NCBI GenBank assembly: GCA_977020255.1 | Contig: CDROCS010002105.1 | Location: 124,001-188,000, forward strand | Reading direction: 5' to 3' | DNA: 64,000 nucleotides | Source of the DNA: Obrimoposthia wandeli | Taxonomy: Eukaryota | Part shown: positions 1 to 8,214 of the stretch, piece after piece | Layout: every line of letters starts with the position of its first letter | How positions within the stretch are numbered: the stretch's first letter is position 1 | Notes under the pieces: model-generated | Told to the model about the DNA's origin: nothing | What the model saw: the letters and a program-made list of their open reading frames with translations, nothing else | Database searches by the model: none | Program-made: the position numbers and the translations under genes

Positions 1-1570
1 GTGATAATACCCAGTTAGCCCAGCTGATCTCATTATTTTGACAGTAAGCATTGTTATTGCCATTTTGACTATGAGATAGATGATCTACGGCGAGAAGGTG
101 AGGAATGCCAAAGCTAAATAGTAACGTTGTCATGAGGTTGCGCTTTTGACGTTCGCGCTTATACAGAACCGACAGGTTATCTGTTTCCCCTTCAATCCCG
201 TGGTTACATGAACGATTGTCACCATGTCCATCAAGGTTTCTTTCACCATTTGCATCATTGTGCTTGTGGTTGTAAGACACGAGATCTTGCAGCGTAAAAC
301 CATCATGATAGGAAATGAAATTGACTGGAAGTTTGTCTGGCCAACCTCCCGCACTGAAGAAATCGCGAGATCCCATCAGTCGAGTGGCAAATTCTTTGAC
401 ATTATTTTTATCGCCTAGCCAATGACTCTTGACGGTATCGCGGAATTTATCATTGCACTCGTTCCAACCTCGCGGAAAATTACCGAGTTGATAGCCGTCA
501 GGACCTACATCCCATGGTTCTGCAATCAATTTGACCTTTTGTAAAATTGGATCTTGTTCAATGGCTTTAAAGAAGGCGCTTTGGGAGTCAAAACGATGCC
601 CGTTACGTCCTAGTGTTGCTGCCAAATCAAAGCGGAAACCATCAATTTGGTAGTGGATTACCCAGTGCCGCAGAGTATCGATTACAAGGGTTAGGCTCGC
701 TTGATAAGTAAGATCAACCGTATTACCACAGCCCGTATAGTTGTGATGATTTTCATTTTCATCAAGAAGATAGTAATTCTTATCCAAACACTTCAAATGG
801 AATTTGGGTCCACCTTCACCACCTTCGGCAGTGTGGTTAAACACGATATCCATGATGACTTCAATACCTTCTTTATGCAACTCCCTTACCATGGTCTTCA
901 TTTCTGTGACGGCATCATTTATCGCATACCGCGGTTCTGGTGCCATAAAGCATAGGCTGTTATAGCCCCAGAAATTCACTTTATCCATCTTAAGCAAGTG
1001 GGGTTCAGACATGCATGAAGTGACAGGGAGTAATTGAAGGCTGGTTATACCTTGTTCTTTAAAAAACTTGATTGAAGCTGGCTGGCAGAGACCAAGGTAA
1101 GTGCCTCGGTATGGCTCTTCAATATGCTTTTGAAGCTGAGTAAAGCCTTTAACGTGCGTTTCACACAGGATGGTTTCTTCGTACGGTATCTGTGGAAAAG
1201 CGGTGTGTTGCCAATCAAATTGATGGTCAATAACAACAGATCTAGCGAATTTCCAGCTTTCTTTTGCCGTGAAAGGCTCTATATAGAAAGGCGTTTTATT
1301 GAGGGCCTGCGCATATGGGTCGAGAATTAATCTTTCATCTTGTTTGTCTTTAATTTGAAAGCCATAGACCTGTCCAGCGTTAATATTAGGAACGAAGGTA
1401 TAGTGGATATCTAAATGTTTATGATCAAAATCAATGATTGTCTTTTTATTTTCAACGTCGAAAAGAACTAATTTAATTTCTTGGTTATCAGAACAGTGAA
1501 TTGAAAAATTACAACCTTGATCACATATTGTAGCCCCTAAAGGATAAGCTTGAGCTAATTTAGCAGACAT
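1..1570 (-). CDS. glgX: Glycogen debranching enzyme/isoamylase (GH13); 3' end runs off the window
   Basis: Translated by hand (missing from the ORF track because it has no stop in the window): MSAKLAQAYPLGAT..LDPYA..FWGYNSLCFMAPEPRY..DIVFNHTAEGG..DGFRFDLAATLGR..IAEPWDVGPDGYQLGNFP..YHDGFTLQDLVSY..SQNGNNNAYCQNNEISW. Confidence 0.95.
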   Translation of the reverse strand, partial: MSAKLAQAYPLGATICDQGCNFSIHCSDNQEIKLVLFDVENKKTIIDFDHKHLDIHYTFVPNINAGQVYGFQIKDKQDERLILDPYAQALNKTPFYIEPFTAKESWKFARSVVIDHQFDWQHTAFPQIPYEETILCETHVKGFTQLQKHIEEPYRGTYLGLCQPASIKFFKEQGITSLQLLPVTSCMSEPHLLKMDKVNFWGYNSLCFMAPEPRYAINDAVTEMKTMVRELHKEGIEVIMDIVFNHTAEGGEGGPKFHLKCLDKNYYLLDENENHHNYTGCGNTVDLTYQASLTLVIDTLRHWVIHYQIDGFRFDLAATLGRNGHRFDSQSAFFKAIEQDPILQKVKLIAEPWDVGPDGYQLGNFPRGWNECNDKFRDTVKSHWLGDKNNVKEFATRLMGSRDFFSAGGWPDKLPVNFISYHDGFTLQDLVSYNHKHNDANGERNLDGHGDNRSCNHGIEGETDNLSVLYKRERQKRNLMTTLLFSFGIPHLLAVDHLSHSQNGNNNAYCQNNEISWANWVLS

Positions 1571-1860
1571 TGAATCGATCTCTTTACTTATTTGCATATT
1601 TATACGTGCTATTAAATAGTGAAATCCCCCTCAGTCAAGAAATGTTTTTGAAAAAAATTAATTAATTAATTGTGTCGTTTTTATTTTATATTTTTTCTTT
1701 AAACATTGAGTTGATCTCTTTACTTATTTTTATTTTAATAAACGCTATTAAATAGTGATGATTTCCTCAGTCAAGGCATGTTTTTTTGATAAAAAATAAA
1801 AACTAATTAAGTAACTAAATATTCCGTTTTTATTAAAAATAAGTGACTGACATCTTACTT
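1571..1860. repeat. Imperfect ~136-bp tandem duplication upstream of glgX
   Basis: GATCTCTTTACTTATTT..GCTATTAAATAGTGA..CCTCAGTCAAG..ATGTTTTT starts at 1577 and again at 1713; possible degenerate third start near 1849. Confidence 0.85.
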
Positions 1861-1903
1861 TTCTTTTGTGTTTTGTATTTTTATTACAGGTATACGCCTA
1901 ATC

Positions 1904-2015
1904 TTCGTGAGATGTATCACGAAATACATCAACCTCTTAATTACTACGCCCCTCTACTCCTCCCTCTCATCCTGATAGTAGGATGATGTGTATAGCTGTA
2001 CGAAAGCTGAATATA
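1904..2015 (+). promoter_or_regulatory. CRP site plus MalT boxes of the lamB promoter
   Basis: Palindrome TTCGTGA-GATGTA-TCACGAA at 1904-1923; inverted GGGGCGTAG/GGAGGAG/GGATGA boxes at 1944-1972; forward GGATGA at 1981 with an xAxxxT hexamer 22 nt downstream. Confidence 0.75.
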
Positions 2016-2070
2016 CATCCCGAAAGGTTGCTAGATAGCAACCGACATAATAATTAAAAGGGACATTCCT

Positions 2071-3396
2071 ATGAAACACAAGTTAGTACCCGTAGCAGCG
2101 GCGATATTTGCAGCATTAACTTCTTATAACGTAGCAGCTGAATCTGGGACTGATGTTCTGACTGACGGTTGGGAAGTACACGGTTACGGTTCTATGAATT
2201 ACCGTTTCAACGAAGACTTACAGTCTTTTGACTCAGAGCTAGGTAAGCCTGATTACCGTACTACTGGTACTTCAGGTAAAAGTGCTAACCAAGTTGAATT
2301 TGTAATCAAGAAGCACACTGAGTTTGCTAACGGCGTTTACAGTGATTTTGTTGTTCGTACAGAATACGGCAACGGCGACTCTTTCTACTACACCTCTTCT
2401 GGTGCCGAAAAAAATAACACAGTTGCTCAGCTTGAAGTTAAAGAATCATATGTTGCTTTAGGTAACCTACCTTACCTAGGTGACGGTTCTGAAATTTGGG
2501 CTGGTCGTCGTTTCCTAAACCGTGCTGCGGGTATTCTTTCTGGTGAATTCTGGAAGCAGTCTTCTGGCATGGGTGCAGGTTTTGAAACTACTTTAGATTC
2601 AGGCCACAAAACAGGTGTCGCACTTGTATCAGCAGACCCTGAAGCGGGTCAAATTTCTGAAGATCGCCCAAGTGATGGTGAGCGTACTACTGTTACTTCT
2701 CTAGATCTTTACTACTACGGTGTGAAGGCACTAGGTGGTAGCTTTGACTTCGATGCTAAGTTTATGACTCGTGCTGACGAAGCACTTGCTGCTGATTCTG
2801 CAGATGATGGTTTTGGTGCTTCTGTAACGTATAACCGTGATTACTACGGTCTAGACGGTTGGACACAAACTGCCATTGCTTACGGTGAGGGGATCGGTTC
2901 TAACCGTGGTGTGAACTTCGGTGGTTGGAGTGGTGACTGGAAAGAAGATTCTAAGTCACTATTTGTAACGTCTTACGGTGTATTGAACATTTCCGATAAC
3001 TGGCAGCTAGGTACAGAAGCAACATACTGGGCTCCAGAAAACATGGGCTGGGCTGATTCAAATGCTCAAGATAAGGTAACTCGTTATATTCTTGCTGCTC
3101 GTCCTACTTACAAAGTAAATGACAACATGCGTTTAGAGTTCACAGGCTCTTTTGCTACTGAAAAACTTGAAGGGGATAACAACTGGGGTCGTTCAAGTGA
3201 TTCTACAGACTTCTACACACTTGAAGCAGCAACAGTCTTTACTGTGAATGCAGACTACTTTGGTCGTCCACAAATCAAGCCATACGTAACTTGGGTTGGT
3301 ACTGATGACGAGAAAGCAGCTAGTGCTATCGGCATCACAGAAGCTGGTGAGAAAGATCAAATTGTATTCGGTGTTCACGCTGAAATTTGGTTCTAA
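2071..3396 (+). CDS. lamB: LamB-family carbohydrate porin (maltoporin-like)
   Basis: Signal peptide, HGY motif, WAGRRF, C-terminal AEIWF; followed by malM. Confidence 0.85.
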   Translation: MKHKLVPVAAAIFAALTSYNVAAESGTDVLTDGWEVHGYGSMNYRFNEDLQSFDSELGKPDYRTTGTSGKSANQVEFVIKKHTEFANGVYSDFVVRTEYGNGDSFYYTSSGAEKNNTVAQLEVKESYVALGNLPYLGDGSEIWAGRRFLNRAAGILSGEFWKQSSGMGAGFETTLDSGHKTGVALVSADPEAGQISEDRPSDGERTTVTSLDLYYYGVKALGGSFDFDAKFMTRADEALAADSADDGFGASVTYNRDYYGLDGWTQTAIAYGEGIGSNRGVNFGGWSGDWKEDSKSLFVTSYGVLNISDNWQLGTEATYWAPENMGWADSNAQDKVTRYILAARPTYKVNDNMRLEFTGSFATEKLEGDNNWGRSSDSTDFYTLEAATVFTVNADYFGRPQIKPYVTWVGTDDEKAASAIGITEAGEKDQIVFGVHAEIWF

Positions 3397-3409
3397 GCTA
3401 ATTATTGTT

Positions 3410-3435
3410 AAGGGCAGCCCTTGGGCTGCCTTTTT
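3410..3435 (+). terminator. Intercistronic hairpin/terminator between lamB and malM
   Basis: GGCAGCCC-TTG-GGCTGCC followed by a T run. Confidence 0.7.
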
Positions 3436-3527
3436 GAGTATATATCTATTAGATTCTGCTGTAGATTTAATGAGATACCAATAGTTATATGCCCATAATA
3501 ATCCAATAAGGGTACGGGAGTTCAAAG

Positions 3528-4406
3528 ATGAAATTGATAAAAACAACATTAGCTGCACTGCTTGCAGCAAGCCTGATGGGCTGTGCGGCTACACCGACGC
3601 AAGAGATGGTCAAAGATGTAACAGTAACAGCTGTAGCTTGCTGTTCGACTTACAGTGAGTTTTCCTGGATTCCAATGCAAGGCGATAGTGTTGATTTTGC
3701 TATTGATGAATATTCCCAGATTGGTGATTTTCCTGAAGGTAAAAGTTACTTTGCAGGCTTCGTAATACCCAAAAATGTTGAACGCATGCGCGTCGACTTG
3801 AAGAGCTGGATGCGAAGTACTGGGGTACTTGCACCTAAAGTTCTCTTATTGAACCCGCAGTTTCAACCAGTGAAAACGATTGAACTTGATGACTTTGATG
3901 TAAAATTATCGGATATGTTTAATCTGTCCAGTTATCAGCATCGTTTTGAAATGGATCAAGAGACAACACCATACATGGTGGTTTATTCACCACTTGAATA
4001 TCGTGAAGGTAGTATCCAGATTCCACATCCTGAACGTGTTCGAGCAGAAGATCTTGGCTTAGCTCGCCCTATTGTTACCGATCCTGTGATCCAGCATCAG
4101 AAGTTTGGCTCGCTTGAACTTGATTTAAAACCAATTAACTTGCGTTCATACCGTGCGAATGAAATGAAGGCAGCTACGGCTGTTGTTGCGACTGTACCCG
4201 TCGCTGCTGCAGTATCAACATCGACTCTTGCTGTCAAAACCAGCAACGCAAGCATGTTGCCAGAAACAGAAGCATTCTATAATGGCCAAATTAAAGCGGC
4301 TGTTGAGAAAAATGATATGCACAAAGCCCTTCAATTAGTCGAAGAGGCCAAACGAGCAGGATCAAACTCAGCTGAAACTACTTTTGTTGAATTAATCAAA
4401 AAGTAA
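3528..4406 (+). CDS. malM: Maltose operon protein MalM (lipoprotein)
   Basis: Lipobox LMGC, MalM-like core, C-terminal KAVEKNDMHKALQLVEEAKRAGS; downstream of lamB. Confidence 0.85.
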   Translation: MKLIKTTLAALLAASLMGCAATPTQEMVKDVTVTAVACCSTYSEFSWIPMQGDSVDFAIDEYSQIGDFPEGKSYFAGFVIPKNVERMRVDLKSWMRSTGVLAPKVLLLNPQFQPVKTIELDDFDVKLSDMFNLSSYQHRFEMDQETTPYMVVYSPLEYREGSIQIPHPERVRAEDLGLARPIVTDPVIQHQKFGSLELDLKPINLRSYRANEMKAATAVVATVPVAAAVSTSTLAVKTSNASMLPETEAFYNGQIKAAVEKNDMHKALQLVEEAKRAGSNSAETTFVELIKK

Positions 4407-4543
4407 ACCTAAACATTCAAATTCATCAAGGTGCAGAAATGCCGAATCCTGCACCTTGATGTAGTTTGAAATACAGGCAGATACTCATCAGCCTGTTCTC
4501 TCTGCCTTCTCTTTCCGTTTTAAGCCTTTTGAGTTAATAATTC

Positions 4544-6343
4544 ATGACAGAAACAATTAAACCGAATATACCTACAAAACATGTTGTTTATCAGGTTTTT
4601 ACTCGCTTGTTTGGCAATACTAATACAACGAATAAGCCGTGGGGTACTCTTGAAGAAAATGGCATCGGTAAATTTAATGATTTTACTAATAGAGCATTAA
4701 GCGAAATAAAGCAGCTAGGTGTCAGCCATATTTGGTATACCGGCGTGCCGCATCATGCAGTCGTACGGGACTACAGTGAATACGGGATTAGTTCAGATCA
4801 CCCCAGTGTAGTGAAGGGGCGAGCCGGATCCCCTTATGCTGTTAAAGATTACTATAACGTCAACCCTGATTTGGCCGTTGATCCGGCTAACCGCCTCGAA
4901 GAATTCAAAGCCTTGATTGAACGCAGCCATATCCATGGTTTGAAAGTGATCATCGATATTGTGCCAAATCACGTTGCACGCTGTTATCAAGGGATAACCA
5001 ACCCTATTGGTGTGGAAAGTTTTGGCACATCAGATGATACGGAACTGGTTTATCATCGAGATAACAATTTCTACTATATTCCCGGTGAAGCGTTCACAGT
5101 GCCTGATGCTGAAAATGGTTATCTACCACTCGGTGGTGAAGCGCATCCTGATCTTTATACACCGTATGAAGAGTTTCCGGCGAAGTGGACAGGGAACGGT
5201 TCTCGACTAGCAAAGCCACAATTTGATGATTGGTATGAAACCGTTAAAGTGAACTATGGCGTTAAGCCTGATGGCAGCAAAGATTTTGACGAACTGCCAC
5301 AAGGCTTTAATAAGAAAGATCACACCGAGCACTTTGAGTTTTGGCAAGGTAAATCGGTGCCTGATTCTTGGGTGAAATTCCGAGATATCGCTTTGTACTG
5401 GTTGGCATTGGGTGTTGATGGCTTTCGTTATGATATGGCAGAAATGGTGCCAGTTGAGTTTTGGAGCTACATGAACTCCTCAATTAAACAGGTCAATCCT
5501 GAAGCGTTTTTGATGGCTGAAGTGTACCAACCTGACTTGTATCGTGATTATATTCATCTAGGTAAAATGGATTACCTCTACGATAAAGTTGATTTGTATG
5601 ATGCACTGAAGCTTGTTATGCAAGGTTGTGGATCAACCGATGCCATTGTTGAGGTACAACAGCAGTTGATGGACATTGAACATCATATGCTGCATTTCCT
5701 TGATAACCATGATGAACAGCGAATTGCGAGCCCGGAATTTTCAGGCGATGCCAATAAGGGTAAGCCTGCAATGTTAGTGTCTACAACACTCAGTACTTCA
5801 CCGACCATGATTTACAGTGGTCAGGAAGTTGGTGAAGCGGGCGTTGAAAATGCTGGATTTGGCTTGCATTCACGTACGACTATCTTTGATTATTTCGGTG
5901 TGCCGAGTCATCAGCGTTGGATGAACAATGGCGCGTTTGATGGTGGTCTACTGACAGATGAAGAACGTGAACTGCGTGATTTCTATCAACGTTTACTTAA
6001 CTTCTCACTGACTAGCACAGCGATGCTGGGCGAATATCATGAAATTCACAGACATAACAGAGAGTACAGTGATACTTACAATGAACAGCTGTTCTGTTTT
6101 AGTCGTTATGATCACCAGCAGAAGCTGCTGGTGATTGCGAACTTTGCTGATCATGATCAGGGAATGGTTCAGATTAAGTTACCGTCATCACTGATCGACG
6201 CTTGGCAGCTTAATAATGGAGATTACACGCTCACCGAACAGTTATATGGTAATCACACTGTGGCGCTGTCTATTATTGATGGTATTGGTGAACTGCAATT
6301 ACCTGTTTCTCCGCTGTCTTCAATGATTTTGCAATTGAATTAA
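4544..6343 (+). CDS. Cytoplasmic GH13 alpha-amylase-family glycosidase
   Basis: GSPYAVKDYY, IDIVPNHVA, DGFRYDMAEMV (nucleophile D), MAEVY (E), DNHDEQR (D); no signal peptide. Confidence 0.9.
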   Translation: MTETIKPNIPTKHVVYQVFTRLFGNTNTTNKPWGTLEENGIGKFNDFTNRALSEIKQLGVSHIWYTGVPHHAVVRDYSEYGISSDHPSVVKGRAGSPYAVKDYYNVNPDLAVDPANRLEEFKALIERSHIHGLKVIIDIVPNHVARCYQGITNPIGVESFGTSDDTELVYHRDNNFYYIPGEAFTVPDAENGYLPLGGEAHPDLYTPYEEFPAKWTGNGSRLAKPQFDDWYETVKVNYGVKPDGSKDFDELPQGFNKKDHTEHFEFWQGKSVPDSWVKFRDIALYWLALGVDGFRYDMAEMVPVEFWSYMNSSIKQVNPEAFLMAEVYQPDLYRDYIHLGKMDYLYDKVDLYDALKLVMQGCGSTDAIVEVQQQLMDIEHHMLHFLDNHDEQRIASPEFSGDANKGKPAMLVSTTLSTSPTMIYSGQEVGEAGVENAGFGLHSRTTIFDYFGVPSHQRWMNNGAFDGGLLTDEERELRDFYQRLLNFSLTSTAMLGEYHEIHRHNREYSDTYNEQLFCFSRYDHQQKLLVIANFADHDQGMVQIKLPSSLIDAWQLNNGDYTLTEQLYGNHTVALSIIDGIGELQLPVSPLSSMILQLN

Positions 6344-6376
6344 TTTTACGTTGTTCGTCCGTGACGAAGACATGTA

Positions 6377-6401
6377 AAGCCGCTGAATATCAGCGGCTTT
6401 T
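6377..6401. terminator. Bidirectional terminator between the GH13 gene and the small peptide gene
   Basis: AAAGCCGCTGA-AT-ATCAGCGGCTTTT. Confidence 0.8.
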
Positions 6402-6415
6402 CTATTTTAACGAGG

Positions 6416-6562
6416 TTATTTTTTTGTAGGGGTTGCATCGCTAGCTGGAAAGTAGGGTGTACACCAGCCACGGTCTTCTATATACCAAGTGCAGTGTCCA
6501 GACGCCATCGCTACGTTAGCAAAGAATAGGCTAATGGCAATGAGTAGAGCTTTTAACTTCAT
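6416..6562 (-). CDS. 48-aa secreted peptide with two Cys
   Basis: RBS AAGGA 8 nt before ATG 6562; MKLKALLIAISLFFANVAMA|SGHCTWYIEDRGWCTPYFPASDATPTKK; terminator downstream; CRP-like site TGTGA-N6-GCACA at 6615-6630. Confidence 0.65.
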   Translation of the reverse strand: MKLKALLIAISLFFANVAMASGHCTWYIEDRGWCTPYFPASDATPTKK

Positions 6563-6773
6563 AATTACTTTCCTTATGGAAGTGGTCATTGCATACATAT
6601 AGAACGGATTATTTTGTGATTTATTGCACAAAAGTTTTTTCATAGGATTTAATTCTAGTCATAAAAAATATGTTCTGACGTTGATTTGGATAATTTATTT
6701 ATTTCAAAAGTGAGTGTCACGACTGATATTGAAAGGATTCCACTTCGTAATAATAAGTCTCTATCCAACATAA

Positions 6774-6857
6774 TGTGTTCAGTTTCACAGAGTTGAACAA
6801 AACTAGAGGGGGCGTAGGGAGGGGGATGATGCTCATTATACTGAGGGGGGGCAGAAT
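6774..6857 (+). promoter_or_regulatory. CRP/MalT promoter of the first malE paralogue
   Basis: TGTGT-N6-TCACA 6774-6789; GGGGCGTAGGG-N4-GGATGATGC 6809-6832; CAGAAT 22 nt after GGATGA. Confidence 0.75.
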
Positions 6858-6892
6858 GCATCCATCAATAAAAATAACAGCGGAAATCAACT

Positions 6893-8077
6893 ATGAAACG
6901 TGTTCTGAAAACTCTGACTCTTTGTTCTCTAACAACGGCACTGGCTTTTCCTATGGCGGCTTCGGCTATGCAGGAAGGCGAAATTCTTATTTGGATTAAT
7001 GGCGATAAAGGCTATGACGGTTTGGCCGAAGTCGGTCGCCAGTTTGAAGAAGATACCGGTGTTAAAGTTAACGTTCAGTACCCTGATTCGCTGGAATCAA
7101 AATTCCAGCAGGTTGCTGCGACGGGTGGCGGTCCGGATATTATTTTCTGGGCACATGACCGTTTTGGTGGTTACGCAAAATCAGGTCTACTTGCAGAAGT
7201 TAAACCGTCAGCAGAGTTCAAGGATAAGTTAGTTGATTTCAGTTGGGATGCTGTGACTTATGACGGTAAGTTAGTGGGTTACCCTGTTGCTGTTGAATCG
7301 CCATCGCTTATTTATAACAAAGACCTATTGGCTGAAGCGCCTGCAACGTGGGAAGAATTGATTGCCATCGAAAAGGAAATGAACGCGAAAGGTAAAAAAG
7401 CCATCATGTGGGATGTGAAAAACGCTTATTTCACATGGCCAATGATTTCAGCAAATGGCGGTTATGCTTTCAAGAAAACTGAACATGGTTTTGATGGCAA
7501 ACAAGTGGGCGTTAACAGTGAGGCTGGTATTGCAGGTTTAAGCTTCTTGGTTGATTTGGCTAAAAAAGGTGTTGTCTCTCCTGATATGGATTACGCCGTT
7601 GCAGAATCAGAATTTAACAAGGGCAACGTGGCGATGACCATCAATGGTCCATGGTCGTGGGCTAACCTTGAAAAGTCTAAGATCAATTACGGTGTTGCTG
7701 TTCTACCGACATTGAATGGTGGTAAATCGAACCCATTCGTTGGTGTATTAAGCGCGGGTATTAATGCTGCGAGTCCGAACCAAGATTTGTCGGTTGAATT
7801 CCTTGAGAATTACTTACTGACTAATGAAGGTCTTAAAACTGTCAATGATGATAAACCATTAGGTGCCGTTACATTGAAGTCTTTCCAAAACATTTTGTCT
7901 AAAGACAGCCGAATTGCCGCTACGATGACCAATGCTGAAAATGGTGAAATCATGCCTAATATTCCTGAAATGACAGCATATTGGTTTGCTGAAGGCGCCG
8001 CGATTGAAAACGCACTGCTAGGTCGTCAAACCGTGAAAGAAGCGCTAGATACTGCGGCTTCACAAATCAAAAAATAA
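6893..8077 (+). CDS. malE: Maltose/maltodextrin-binding protein, second paralogue
   Basis: [39 protein letters not shown]. Confidence 0.9.
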   Translation: MKRVLKTLTLCSLTTALAFPMAASAMQEGEILIWINGDKGYDGLAEVGRQFEEDTGVKVNVQYPDSLESKFQQVAATGGGPDIIFWAHDRFGGYAKSGLLAEVKPSAEFKDKLVDFSWDAVTYDGKLVGYPVAVESPSLIYNKDLLAEAPATWEELIAIEKEMNAKGKKAIMWDVKNAYFTWPMISANGGYAFKKTEHGFDGKQVGVNSEAGIAGLSFLVDLAKKGVVSPDMDYAVAESEFNKGNVAMTINGPWSWANLEKSKINYGVAVLPTLNGGKSNPFVGVLSAGINAASPNQDLSVEFLENYLLTNEGLKTVNDDKPLGAVTLKSFQNILSKDSRIAATMTNAENGEIMPNIPEMTAYWFAEGAAIENALLGRQTVKEALDTAASQIKK

Positions 8078-8115
8078 GTCGATTATTAGCCACAACAGGC
8101 TGTAATCATCAATTC

Positions 8116-8142
8116 AATGCGCAGGCCTAGTCTGCGCATTTT
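8116..8142 (+). terminator. Hairpin after the malE paralogue
   Basis: AATGCGCAG-loop-CTGCGCATTTT. Confidence 0.7.
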
Positions 8143-8214
8143 GCTTTCTGAATGACCTATTTCGATAATGAATATAAAGCAGATAGCTGTATCTATTACT
8201 GATAAGGAATACAA

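Noticed and set aside
130-1330. Short ORFs 130-354, 224-418, 701-955, 1045-1236 and 1124-1330
   Set aside because: Off-frame or antisense shadows of the glgX reading frame (1-1570, minus strand)
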